NCBI GenBank assembly: GCA_049971295.1
Contig: JBMFLH010000030.1
Coordinates: 1-22,423, forward strand
DNA length: 22,423 bases
Origin: Candidatus Ratteibacteria bacterium
GTDB lineage: Bacteria > Ratteibacteria > UBA8468 > B48-G9 > DTJG01
Direction of reading: 5' to 3'
Positions 8,120 to 17,068 of the stretch are shown here, in pieces. Position 1 is the stretch's first letter, and the number at the start of each line of letters is the position of its first letter. The notes under the pieces are model-generated. The model did no database searches. It had not been told where the DNA came from and saw nothing but the letters and a program-made list of their open reading frames with translations. The translations under genes were made by a program, and so were the position numbers.

Positions 8120-9330
8120 TAATCCGCCCTGTAAACAGAAATTCTGTTTTTCCCGTTTTCTTTTGAAACAAAAAGAGCCCTGTCAGCGTTTTTTACGACT
8201 TCCTCCCATGTATCTCCGTGTTCTGGATAGGATGCTATTCCAAAACTCATTGTGATAAATACACTATTTTCTTCATCAAGATGAAACTGGTGAGCAACAA
8301 TTTCAGTTTTTATTCTTTCTGCAACCTTATATGCTTCAAGGCTATCAGAAAAAGGAAGAAGATATATGAATTCATCACCACCAAACCTGCAGATAATGTC
8401 TGATTCCCTCAACAATCCGCGAACAAAGGCTCCAAATTGAGCAAGTAAAGTATCTGTGAGGGGATGCCCGAATCTATCAACATAGTTTTTGAAATTGTCA
8501 AGATCAGAAATGAGTACGGAAATCGGAAAATGATTTCTCTTTGCCTTGGCAAATTCCTCTTTTATTCTCTGCTGAAAATATCGCTTATTATAAAGGCCGG
8601 TCAAAGAATCTGTGATAGAAGCCAAAGCAATTTTTTGATGCAACACCGCACTTTCAAAAATTGAAGAAACCTGTTTTGAAAAAATTTCAACAGGATCTTT
8701 GACATACTCAAAAAAATCTCTTCCCGGCCCATCAAAAGCTACAATACCTGTTGCCATTACGCGATTTTCATCTGCAAAAGGAACGATAGCAACTGTGGAA
8801 AAATCTTTCAAGGAATATTTTTCAATGATACTCTCAACACATATCTTTGTCTGAGAATCAATCACTCCTGGATAAAATGTTCTCACATGATAAACCTTCC
8901 CAGAACTTTTCAAAACCTTTCTTTTTTCGCCGTGATTAAGCACAAATTCATGATTGTTCGCAAACTTCTTTAACTCAGGGTCATTGATAACAAAAATCGC
9001 CCGCTTTCCTTTGAAAATTTCAACAAGCATGTTTAGCACCTTCATGGAAATTTCTTCAATTTTCATGGTTGGCAGGGTCGTTATTTGAAAATCGTAGAAA
9101 CTTTTCAGATACAAATTGTAATCAAGGATTCTTTTATAATAGTATTCAACAAGAGTAAATACCAGAAACAGCAAACCAGCGCAAACCAGTATCAATATCC
9201 AGGCAGAACGAAGTAACACCTTTAACGATGTCAAGGGCTGAATGTACCCTGTATAAAAAAGGATCAGCACAACAATCAAAGCAATTGAGGAGTACTTGCA
9301 TATAATCAAAAGTTTTTTCTCTTTTTCCAT
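8119..9330 (-). CDS. Membrane-anchored diguanylate cyclase (two TM helices, GAF-like region, GGDEF domain)
   Basis: Motifs TDSLTGLYNKR, DLDNFK, RESD (RxxD I-site) followed by RFGGDEF, SFGIA and ADRALFVSKENGKN. Two N-terminal hydrophobic helices. TAATG overlap with hisB. Confidence 0.92.
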   Translation of the reverse strand: MEKEKKLLIICKYSSIALIVVLILFYTGYIQPLTSLKVLLRSAWILILVCAGLLFLVFTLVEYYYKRILDYNLYLKSFYDFQITTLPTMKIEEISMKVLNMLVEIFKGKRAIFVINDPELKKFANNHEFVLNHGEKRKVLKSSGKVYHVRTFYPGVIDSQTKICVESIIEKYSLKDFSTVAIVPFADENRVMATGIVAFDGPGRDFFEYVKDPVEIFSKQVSSIFESAVLHQKIALASITDSLTGLYNKRYFQQRIKEEFAKAKRNHFPISVLISDLDNFKNYVDRFGHPLTDTLLAQFGAFVRGLLRESDIICRFGGDEFIYLLPFSDSLEAYKVAERIKTEIVAHQFHLDEENSVFITMSFGIASYPEHGDTWEEVVKNADRALFVSKENGKNRISVYRAD

Positions 9331-9336
9331 AAAAAT

Positions 9337-9365
9337 ATATTACCTGAAACGTTAGCTATGGTCAA
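9337..9365 (-). promoter_or_regulatory. Sigma70-like promoter positioned for a leaderless transcript of the GGDEF gene
   Basis: TTGACC 9365-9360, 17 nt, TAATAT 9342-9337. Only 6 nt separate the -10 box from ATG 9330, with no SD sequence. Confidence 0.6.
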
Positions 9366-9368
9366 TCA

Positions 9369-10640
9369 TCAAACCAGATATTTTTCAACTATTTTCATCA
9401 TTTCTTCAGTGGCACCCTTGTTTTCCAAAATTACCTGATAACCAGATTCTCCCATTTTTTGACATAATTCAGGACTATTGAGTAAAAATTCAATCTTTTC
9501 AAACAATTCAGAAAAAGAATTTACTTCAATCCCTGCCTTTGCTTTTTGAATTTTTTCCCATTCTTCCTCAAAATCCCAGTGAAATTTCCCATAAATTACA
9601 GGTTTCTTAAATGCCAGAGGTTCCATTGGATTTTGCCCTCCAGCAGGCACCAGAGAACCACCAACGAACACAATATCAGCAACTCTGTAAAACTCCGTCA
9701 GTACGCCGTATCTATCAATAATACACACTCTGTTTTTTTCACTTTGAAACGTACTAAAACGCTGATATTGAATACCGGATTGATTTAACAACTGGTAAAT
9801 ATTCGTTCTATCAAGAGCCCTGGGAGCAATAACTAGATTGAGATTCTGATATTTGTCCAGAAGTTTTTTGCATATGTCAATTAATTGTTTCTCTTCACCT
9901 TTATGAATGGAACCAAACACAATCGTTTTTCCACTCGTTCCATACACAGGGCCATGTGGAACAATTTTGCTTAAGTTATACGCCTGGTCAAATTTCATAC
10001 TTTTTGAAATTGAGACCTTTTTTCGGTCTGCACCAAGTTGAATAACGCGGTAGGCATCCTTCGAACTTCTCATAACAAAACAATCAACCATTTCAAGAAT
10101 CGTTCTTGTTAAAAACTTAAATCTGACGTATCCCTTAAATGATTTTTCAGAAATTCTGCCGTTCAAAATCATAATCGGAACATTTCGTTGTTTTAATTTA
10201 TGAAACAGGTTATACCAGAGTTCTGTTTCCATAGATATAAAAATAGCGGGATTTACTTTTTTCACTGCCCGGTGGATAACAAACGAAAAGTCGAATGGAA
10301 GGAAAATTTTTACCACATTATCGGGTAGTTTTTCTCCTGCAATAATTCTGCCTGTTCTGCTCACGCACGAAATTACCAGTTGCTCATTGTTGAACCTGTT
10401 TAATATTTCATAAATCAGGGGCAAACTTGCAAGCAGTTCTCCAATTGATACCGTGTGTATCCAGATGTTTCTTTTTCCTTGTAATTTTGAAGTAACCGCA
10501 GGTTCATAAATTGCAAACCTTTCAAGAAAATCGTGAAACCTCCTATCCCTTCCAAAAAGTCGTTTTCCAAATACAAAAAGAGAAAGTAACAAACCCAGGC
10601 CATAAACCACATCATAGAAAATGCAAGTCATATACCGCAT
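9369..10640 (-). CDS. waaA: 3-deoxy-D-manno-octulosonic acid (Kdo) transferase
   Basis: Motifs IWIHTVSIGE, LPFD, METELW, NGRISEKS, SIHKGE, IAPR and FVGGSLVPAGGQNPMEP. Confidence 0.95.
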   Translation of the reverse strand: MRYMTCIFYDVVYGLGLLLSLFVFGKRLFGRDRRFHDFLERFAIYEPAVTSKLQGKRNIWIHTVSIGELLASLPLIYEILNRFNNEQLVISCVSRTGRIIAGEKLPDNVVKIFLPFDFSFVIHRAVKKVNPAIFISMETELWYNLFHKLKQRNVPIMILNGRISEKSFKGYVRFKFLTRTILEMVDCFVMRSSKDAYRVIQLGADRKKVSISKSMKFDQAYNLSKIVPHGPVYGTSGKTIVFGSIHKGEEKQLIDICKKLLDKYQNLNLVIAPRALDRTNIYQLLNQSGIQYQRFSTFQSEKNRVCIIDRYGVLTEFYRVADIVFVGGSLVPAGGQNPMEPLAFKKPVIYGKFHWDFEEEWEKIQKAKAGIEVNSFSELFEKIEFLLNSPELCQKMGESGYQVILENKGATEEMMKIVEKYLV

Positions 10641-10641
10641 A

Positions 10642-12066
10642 TTATTGAGTGAAAAGCAAACTGGATGGAAACAGATTATCCCTTCCCATCAAACCATTCG
10701 GGTCGAATGCTTTTTTGACTCTGACCATTTCTTTGATTCCATTGTCTGAGTACATCATTCTGAGATATGGATACTTAATCTTGCCGATGCCATGTTCAGC
10801 AGCAATAGTGCCGCCCAGAGATAGAGCTTTTTCAACGCAACTTAAATAAATCTGTTTTGCCAGAGTTTTTTCTCTATCGTCAACAGGAAAAAGGTTAAAA
10901 TGAAGATGGTTTTCTCCGATGTGTCCAAACAGCACTGTTCTAATACCAGACTGCTGCGAAAACTTTCTATAAAATCCAACAAGTTCTCTGAAGTTTTTTT
11001 CAGGAACCGCAATGTCAAGAGAAATTTTTGTAATTCCCAGTTTTCTGAAGTAAGCGTTGATATTTTCAGGTAATCTGTGTCTAAAATCTATCATTCTCTG
11101 ATAACTTTTCGGGTCGCTGCCCACCCACACATCCTTTGCCTGATATTTTTCAGAAAGTTGCAACCATTGTTCCATCAATTCAATATTTTCAGTGCTTTCA
11201 ACATAAAAGGCACACGTATTCGGTGGTATTTCTGGAAAATCCTGTTTCAGAAAAAAGAGGCTTGCCTGGTCAAAAAACTCCAGATTATACATATCTTTGA
11301 TAAAACTGGTTTTCACTTCTGCAAGAAACTCAAACATCTTACTTTCGTCTGGCAGAAAAAAAATCATAATGAATCTGTCTGGCAATTTCTCAATGAGCGT
11401 CACCTCAACCTGTGTAATAACTCCAAGAGTGCCCTCTGACCCAATAATCAGGTCAATAAGGTCCATTTTTGGCGCAGAATAATAACCAGCAGAACATTTA
11501 ATAGGTGGCGTCACATAAGAAGGAATTTGTACAGTCAAAAAATCTGTTCTTATTTCTCCTTTCTCGTTTGCAAAAAATTTTCCTCTGGGCACTTCAATAA
11601 GCCTTCCACCACCGGTTACCATTTTAATTTTCAGCACATACCTTCGCGTGGAACCAAACCTGAAACTATATTCACCAGAAGCATTCGTGGATACATTTCC
11701 ACCGATGAACGCATTTCTTTCTGTGGGAAAGGGAGGATAGAACCTGCCTATGCTATCGGCTTCAATAAGAAAGTTATTGATAACAACTCCTGCTTCAAGT
11801 ATCGCCTTGTTTTTGTCAATGTCAATAATTCTGTTGAGCTTTTCAACAGAAATTACAGAGCCCTCTACAGGAATTCTTCCCCCAACAGTGCCTGTGCCAC
11901 CTCCTGAAACAGTCAGAGGAATTTTTTTTGCATTCGCCAATTGAACAATTTCAATTACTTCCTGTTCATTCTCGGGAATATAAACTTTTTCACAATTACC
12001 TCCTGAAAAATTTGAAGAGTCCTCCAGATAACTCAAAATTTCATCACGATTTTCTTTCACAATCAT
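10642..12066 (-). CDS. FAD-binding oxidoreductase (PCMH-type, GlcD / D-2-hydroxyacid dehydrogenase family)
   Basis: Motifs GGGTGTVGG, YPPFP...IGGNVSTNASG, IGSEGTLGVIT, FGHIGENHLHFN, AEHGIGK and AFDPNG. Overlaps the lpxI 3' end by 23 bp. AAGG-GGAAAGGAG-type SD upstream. Confidence 0.9.
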   Translation of the reverse strand: MIVKENRDEILSYLEDSSNFSGGNCEKVYIPENEQEVIEIVQLANAKKIPLTVSGGGTGTVGGRIPVEGSVISVEKLNRIIDIDKNKAILEAGVVINNFLIEADSIGRFYPPFPTERNAFIGGNVSTNASGEYSFRFGSTRRYVLKIKMVTGGGRLIEVPRGKFFANEKGEIRTDFLTVQIPSYVTPPIKCSAGYYSAPKMDLIDLIIGSEGTLGVITQVEVTLIEKLPDRFIMIFFLPDESKMFEFLAEVKTSFIKDMYNLEFFDQASLFFLKQDFPEIPPNTCAFYVESTENIELMEQWLQLSEKYQAKDVWVGSDPKSYQRMIDFRHRLPENINAYFRKLGITKISLDIAVPEKNFRELVGFYRKFSQQSGIRTVLFGHIGENHLHFNLFPVDDREKTLAKQIYLSCVEKALSLGGTIAAEHGIGKIKYPYLRMMYSDNGIKEMVRVKKAFDPNGLMGRDNLFPSSLLFTQ

Positions 12067-12871
12067 TATCTATCTCCTTTCCCCTGAATCCAACAATAAT
12101 AAGGTCGTGTTCATTGGCAATCTGAACTGTTTGGTCTTGTTTGATCATGATCGTTCTACCTGCTTCAAGCGTAATAACTTTTCCACCAGAATTTACCAGT
12201 ATTCTCATTGTCTCAGGTCCTATCGTTGGAAGGTCAAATCTATTGTCCTGATTGCTTTTTATCACTTTCACCACAACAAAATTCTTACAGAACTGGCCTG
12301 CCCTTTCAATCATCCTGTCTGTTCCCTCAATTCCTTCTACTGAGATAATCATCCCATTTTTTATTGCAACTGCCTGACCGATGCCCAGATCAGCGATGGA
12401 CTTTGCAGTGTCCCAGCCCTTTAATATGTCCTTCCATTGAACACAATCAGGTTTGACATTTGTATAAATTTTTTCTTCCACAAGATAATTTTTGAACACT
12501 TCTGTCAGTGGCAAAATTTCTATATCATGGCTGCTTAGAAATTCACAAAGTTTTTTCAAAATATTTTCAGGACTTAAATTACCTGTTGCGCTTAAAAATT
12601 TTGCGCCTGACATCGCAATTTTTTTTGTAAAAAGATCCGATGCTTCTATTTTCCCAGCAAAAACCAATTTTTTAACGCCATGTTTTTTGAGCACATTCAC
12701 GAAAGTTTCAATGTCTCCAAATTCAAGAACAATTTCTTCAGAATACCCAGGAAAACTTTTTTCAATAAAACTGAACACCAATGGTCTATAGCCCATTGCC
12801 TGAATCTGGTCAAAAGCAATGACAGAAAAATCCTTTTTTGAAGCAAAAAGACCTACTTTCTCGCTCACCAC
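12044..12871 (-). CDS. lpxI: UDP-2,3-diacylglucosamine diphosphatase, LpxI family
   Basis: Motifs VFAGKI, IGQAV, VEGIEGTDRMIER, QDNRFDLPTIG and EAGRT. Confidence 0.9.
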   Translation of the reverse strand: MVSEKVGLFASKKDFSVIAFDQIQAMGYRPLVFSFIEKSFPGYSEEIVLEFGDIETFVNVLKKHGVKKLVFAGKIEASDLFTKKIAMSGAKFLSATGNLSPENILKKLCEFLSSHDIEILPLTEVFKNYLVEEKIYTNVKPDCVQWKDILKGWDTAKSIADLGIGQAVAIKNGMIISVEGIEGTDRMIERAGQFCKNFVVVKVIKSNQDNRFDLPTIGPETMRILVNSGGKVITLEAGRTIMIKQDQTVQIANEHDLIIVGFRGKEIDNDCERKS

Positions 12872-12887
12872 TGTATCCCTTTAATTT

Positions 12888-13541
12888 TTAATTTTCGTAC
12901 TGAACTGGATCTTTGAAACCAGCGTCAGCAAATGCCGCACGTCTTATCTTACACGAATCACACTCACCGCATGCCTTTTTAGCACCCCTATAACATGACC
13001 ACGTAATAGAAAAATCAAGTCCAAGATCGTAACCAAGTTTGACAATTTCTGATTTTTTCATCAAAATCAGTGGGGTTTTTATTATAATCTTACCACCTTC
13101 AACGGACTTTTTAATTCCGGTATCAACAACATTTTGAAATGCTTCGACAAATTCAGGCCTGCAATCAGGATAACCTGCATAATCAATAGAGTGAACTCCT
13201 ATCACTATTGCATCTGCATCAACTGCTTCTGCGTAAGCAAGAGCAAGAGAAAGTAGAATAATATTCCTGGCAGGAACATAAGATGGTGGAATTTTTGAAA
13301 TCTTCCTTTCCCTGTAGTTTTCATCTATCAATGATGAAGGAAGCCAGGAAAGGTCAATGTCAATAAATTTATGTTCTTTGACACCAATAAACTGACCAAT
13401 CTTTTTTGCGCAAACAAGTTCTTTTTTGTGTACCTGGCCATAATTGACGCTCAACCCATAAATATCACTTCCCTGCGCCTTTTCGACAGCAGCAGCAACA
13501 AAACTATCGATTCCACCTGATATTAGAGCCACTGATTTCAT
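12888..13541 (-). CDS. queC: 7-cyano-7-deazaguanine synthase
   Basis: Motifs SGGIDS, YGQ, YVPARN, GYPDCRPEF and TWSCY...CGECDSC. Confidence 0.96.
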   Translation of the reverse strand: MKSVALISGGIDSFVAAAVEKAQGSDIYGLSVNYGQVHKKELVCAKKIGQFIGVKEHKFIDIDLSWLPSSLIDENYRERKISKIPPSYVPARNIILLSLALAYAEAVDADAIVIGVHSIDYAGYPDCRPEFVEAFQNVVDTGIKKSVEGGKIIIKTPLILMKKSEIVKLGYDLGLDFSITWSCYRGAKKACGECDSCKIRRAAFADAGFKDPVQYEN

Positions 13542-14146
13542 TCTATTTTTAACAGTTTATGCTGTTGGAATCTCAAAAACCAGTTAGGCATACCGATTTT
13601 TTTCATCTCATTGCATATCATCCTGGCAATTTTTAGATTATTATTTACTGGTTGTAAAATCACAATTTGAGAAATATCCCTATCAACAAATGCAATATCA
13701 GATTTGCGTGTAATCACATATTTAAATTCACTCGCAATGCTGCTGAATCTCGCATCATAGCCCTTTTTTACAATTTTTTGAGCCTGCAATTTGGGACTGA
13801 CACAAATCCAGTCCGCAGGTATTTTCCTCCAGATGGTACCATTGGTTTCCACAGATACAAAAAATTTTTCTCCTTTTAACATCCTGGCAAGTTTTGAAAA
13901 GTCCTGAAGATATGGTTCCCCGCCGGTAATCACAACATTAACAATGCCTGGATATTTTTGAGAAAACTCTTTTACGGTCTGAACAATCCTTTCTTCTGTC
14001 ATCACCATTCTTTTTGTGAATGCCTGTGGTGTATCGCAGAACTCACATTTAAGATTACAATTAGAAAATCTTATGAAAACAGCAGGAATTCCCTGCCTCC
14101 ATCCTTCGCCCTGAATTGAACTAAAAATCTCGCAGATTTCAAGCAT
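13538..14146 (-). CDS. queE: 7-carboxy-7-deazaguanine synthase (radical SAM)
   Basis: Motifs EIFSSIQGEG, CNLKCEFCDT, ITGGEP, ETNG, VSPK, LQP and QQHK. ATGA overlap with queC. Confidence 0.94.
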   Translation of the reverse strand: MLEICEIFSSIQGEGWRQGIPAVFIRFSNCNLKCEFCDTPQAFTKRMVMTEERIVQTVKEFSQKYPGIVNVVITGGEPYLQDFSKLARMLKGEKFFVSVETNGTIWRKIPADWICVSPKLQAQKIVKKGYDARFSSIASEFKYVITRKSDIAFVDRDISQIVILQPVNNNLKIARMICNEMKKIGMPNWFLRFQQHKLLKIE

Positions 14147-14148
14147 CG

Positions 14149-15207
14149 TTAATACCAGCCAATTTCATATGCGGTATCATACATCGCCAGAATATTTTCA
14201 GGCGGGGTAATGGCTTGTAGGTTATGACATGGCCCCAAAAAATATCCACCATTTTCACCAAGAATCCTGATATTGTCCATAACTTCCTGCTTCACATCCT
14301 TAATAGTTCCAAAAGGCATAGTGTGTTGATTGTCCATTGCGCCATGAAAACAAATTTTGCTGCCAAATTCCTTTTTCAATTCTTCCCTGTCCATTCCCTT
14401 ACATCTCCATTGAACAGGATTAAGGACATCCATCCCGCATTCAATTAAATCAGGTATAATATCTCTGATCGCTCCATCACTGTGGGTAATCACCCATGCC
14501 CCATTCTCATGCGCAAGCGTCATCATTTTTTTCATTCTGGGAAGAAAGAATTTTCTTATGGTTTCAGGTGAAAATAATAACGTCTCCTGTGAACCAAGAT
14601 CTTCTGCAACCATTGTCAGAAGTATCCTTCCCGATATTTCTTCGTATATGCCCATTGTAATCCTGTAATATAATTGAAAAATATTTTCAAGACAGTACTC
14701 AACAACCTCAGGTTTCTCAATAAGGTCCATCATCGCTCTTTCAAGACCGCGCAGTTGTGTATATCTTAAAAAGGGTTCCATTCCGCCGCCGTAAATTGGC
14801 AGATGTTCCTTTCCCTGAATTTGTTTTTTAATCACTGAAAAATCAAACCAATCAATGGAGGGAAACTTATAGTGATTTTTGATTTCAGCAAGGGTTTCAA
14901 ACTCTGATAAAGGATGATATACACATTCAGAGTATACGCCTGTCCCATAAGATACTTTTTTATAGCCACAACCAAAAAAATCATAACCCTCAGGAACCTT
15001 AGGTCCGACGTAGTCAGGAAAAACACTCACAATTTCGTCAACATGGAGCCGTTTGAAAAGTTCAGAATTTTCACTAACTCCAAGAAACTTTTTCATTTTC
15101 TCCAGTGTCTCCTGGGTGGATGACCAGAACAGTGGTACCCTGTCGGGCTTCTGCCTTTGCAATACAGCGGTCCAGCGTTCTCTTGGATTCATTAAATCAC
15201 GTGGCAT
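14149..15207 (-). CDS. Uroporphyrinogen decarboxylase (URO-D) / MtaA-CmuA family protein
   Basis: Motifs MNPRER...PDRVP, LRGLE, EDLGSQ...FSPE, HSDG, LNPVQ, FHGAMDNQ and GGYFLGPCHN...TPPEN. AGGAG RBS. Confidence 0.88.
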   Translation of the reverse strand: MPRDLMNPRERWTAVLQRQKPDRVPLFWSSTQETLEKMKKFLGVSENSELFKRLHVDEIVSVFPDYVGPKVPEGYDFFGCGYKKVSYGTGVYSECVYHPLSEFETLAEIKNHYKFPSIDWFDFSVIKKQIQGKEHLPIYGGGMEPFLRYTQLRGLERAMMDLIEKPEVVEYCLENIFQLYYRITMGIYEEISGRILLTMVAEDLGSQETLLFSPETIRKFFLPRMKKMMTLAHENGAWVITHSDGAIRDIIPDLIECGMDVLNPVQWRCKGMDREELKKEFGSKICFHGAMDNQHTMPFGTIKDVKQEVMDNIRILGENGGYFLGPCHNLQAITPPENILAMYDTAYEIGWY

Positions 15208-15239
15208 TTCTTCTCCTATTTGAATAACACTATCAGAAT

Positions 15240-15268
15240 ATTATACCTGTTGAACAAAAAGGACTCAA
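15240..15268 (-). promoter_or_regulatory. Sigma70-like promoter for the URO-D-queE-queC-lpxI-oxidoreductase-waaA run
   Basis: TTGAGT 15268-15263, 17 nt, perfect TATAAT 15245-15240. Confidence 0.65.
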
Positions 15269-15285
15269 ATGACCGCCTTTGTGAT

Positions 15286-16941
15286 TCAATCTTGTGAAAA
15301 AACCATTCTGCTGTATTCGTTGAGAAACTGGTATTTTTGATTCCAGGTCGTGTACATAAAACCCCGCACACTTTGGAAGCTCCTGGCAAGATTAACCCAT
15401 TCTTTTACATCAGCAAGATTATCAGCATCATAATAATTGGCTATTAAAATTCCAAATCCTTTTTCTGAAAAAAATCTCAAACTTTTTTCTCTCGGCTTTC
15501 CACCCCAGACACCAATGATAATATCTGACGGCAAATATTTCCACGAACCTATAAAATCACCTTTTACAAGATAGTAATCAGGCCGTGCATTGTGGTTCGG
15601 GTCAAACATATCAGACCATATATAAATTTCAACATCCGGATTGTATTTCTTCAATATCTCGACCTCCCTTTTCACGCAATAGCCCAATAATTCAGCCATA
15701 TTTTTTCCTTCACACGCCTTACAGGTGCCACCCATTCTGATTTCATCCATGTTCAGAAGCACTTTTCTGTACTTCAATTTTTCCCATAATAATTTCGCCT
15801 CATGGTCAAAAATTTCATAGAGCGCGGGCTCTGCCATACAGGCAGTTACCTGACTGTCATAAATTAACATTGGATGATACCAGCTAACTCGTAAATATTC
15901 GCCATCTTTTATCCTGCTCTCGGGAGTTATCTTTATAAGTGGTTGTGGATAGTCAAATTCTCTTCTATATGGATTAAAATATGGGTCAATAATTTTCTCG
16001 TAATCTTTCCCTTCTTGATAAATGATTGAACCATCTTCGTTTTTCACCACCACCGGTGTTCCGGGCCGACGAAGAACGTTATAAAGACCAACCTCCTCAA
16101 TTTTCCAGTCATCAATCCAGAATTTTCCTTCTTTTCCTGCCCAGATACCTGCATAAAGATACACTCGCGAGAACCCCATACTGTTGAACAACATCGTGAG
16201 TTTCTTCCAGTCAGTTGTTTGAGGAATGTTGAATGAACGTGGTGCAATATCACGATTTTCGGCAAGAACCAGAATTCTGAAATTTCCAGCGGGTTTTAAG
16301 TTTTCTGTTTTCACCCACATCGTAACTTTGTAACATCTATATGGTGTAACTTCAATTTCCTGCATCACCCTGCCATTTCCATAAGGTGAAAGTCCAAAAT
16401 TTTCAAATCTCATTGAAACGTTTCCACTGTGTTTTATGTCTGTGTCAATGAAACTAATTCTTCCGGGTTCATCATGAAATCTATATCCAGTTGCTCTATT
16501 GCCCTGATATTGTTCAAAACCTCCATTGTAAACCTCGATTTTTTTCTCAGCAACATAACTTGCCTGATTTCCTTTAACCAGAAAAAGGGCATCCTTCACA
16601 GGCAATCCTTCAGCAAGATTTCTGTCATGAGAAAGAACACTGCCATACCCAACAGAAAAAACAGCCGGGATGAGTTCCATATTAAATTTTTCACATGCCT
16701 TCTTAATTTTATCCAGTGATTCAAAAAATTTCTCGTCCTGCTTACAGAGAGAATCAAGACCGCCTGAAAGAACAATTCCATTATAGTGATTTTTTGATGC
16801 CTCATCTATCAGCGAAATGACCCTTTCCATATGCTGTGCATCTTTCAAATGAAACCCAAAAACCCACAAAAATCTATCCTTCCATTCAGCCGCCCAGCAA
16901 AATTGCTGAAAACACACAATGAGAATAATCGCAATTTTCAT
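15286..16941 (-). CDS. Secreted glycoside-hydrolase-like protein (GH20-like barrel with a CBM4/9-like insert)
   Basis: Signal-peptide-like N-terminus. Barrel-like motifs HYNGIVL, MELIPAV, LLNMDEI, IWSDMF and GFMYTTW. CBM-like region NGGFE...YKVTMWVKT...FWIDDWKIEE. Confidence 0.65.
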   Translation of the reverse strand: MKIAIILIVCFQQFCWAAEWKDRFLWVFGFHLKDAQHMERVISLIDEASKNHYNGIVLSGGLDSLCKQDEKFFESLDKIKKACEKFNMELIPAVFSVGYGSVLSHDRNLAEGLPVKDALFLVKGNQASYVAEKKIEVYNGGFEQYQGNRATGYRFHDEPGRISFIDTDIKHSGNVSMRFENFGLSPYGNGRVMQEIEVTPYRCYKVTMWVKTENLKPAGNFRILVLAENRDIAPRSFNIPQTTDWKKLTMLFNSMGFSRVYLYAGIWAGKEGKFWIDDWKIEEVGLYNVLRRPGTPVVVKNEDGSIIYQEGKDYEKIIDPYFNPYRREFDYPQPLIKITPESRIKDGEYLRVSWYHPMLIYDSQVTACMAEPALYEIFDHEAKLLWEKLKYRKVLLNMDEIRMGGTCKACEGKNMAELLGYCVKREVEILKKYNPDVEIYIWSDMFDPNHNARPDYYLVKGDFIGSWKYLPSDIIIGVWGGKPREKSLRFFSEKGFGILIANYYDADNLADVKEWVNLARSFQSVRGFMYTTWNQKYQFLNEYSRMVFSQD

Positions 16942-17006
16942 TTCATATACCCTGAGTTTTCTAATATACTACACTGCAAACCAGAAATGGACAAATCTGA
17001 AAAAAT

Positions 17007-17035
17007 TTGACAAAATTTCAACAAAGGTTTTTAAT
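17007..17035 (+). promoter_or_regulatory. Sigma70-like promoter for pdaD-speB
   Basis: TTGACA 17007-17012, 17 nt, TTTAAT 17030-17035. RBS AAGGAG at 17057-17062. Confidence 0.55.
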
Positions 17036-17068
17036 TAGTAAGTCCTGAATTTACAAAAGGAGAAAAAA

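Noticed and set aside
12888..14146. queC/queE as a dpd DNA-modification or Qat-type defence locus
   Set aside because: Both proteins are of canonical size and motif content, and no dpdA/tgtA5, helicase, TatD or ATPase partners are nearby.
17007..17021. TTGA-N7-TCAA palindrome as an ARG box or operator over the pdaD -35
   Set aside because: The spacing does not match the ARG-box core, and 4 bp arms are expected by chance in AT-rich DNA.
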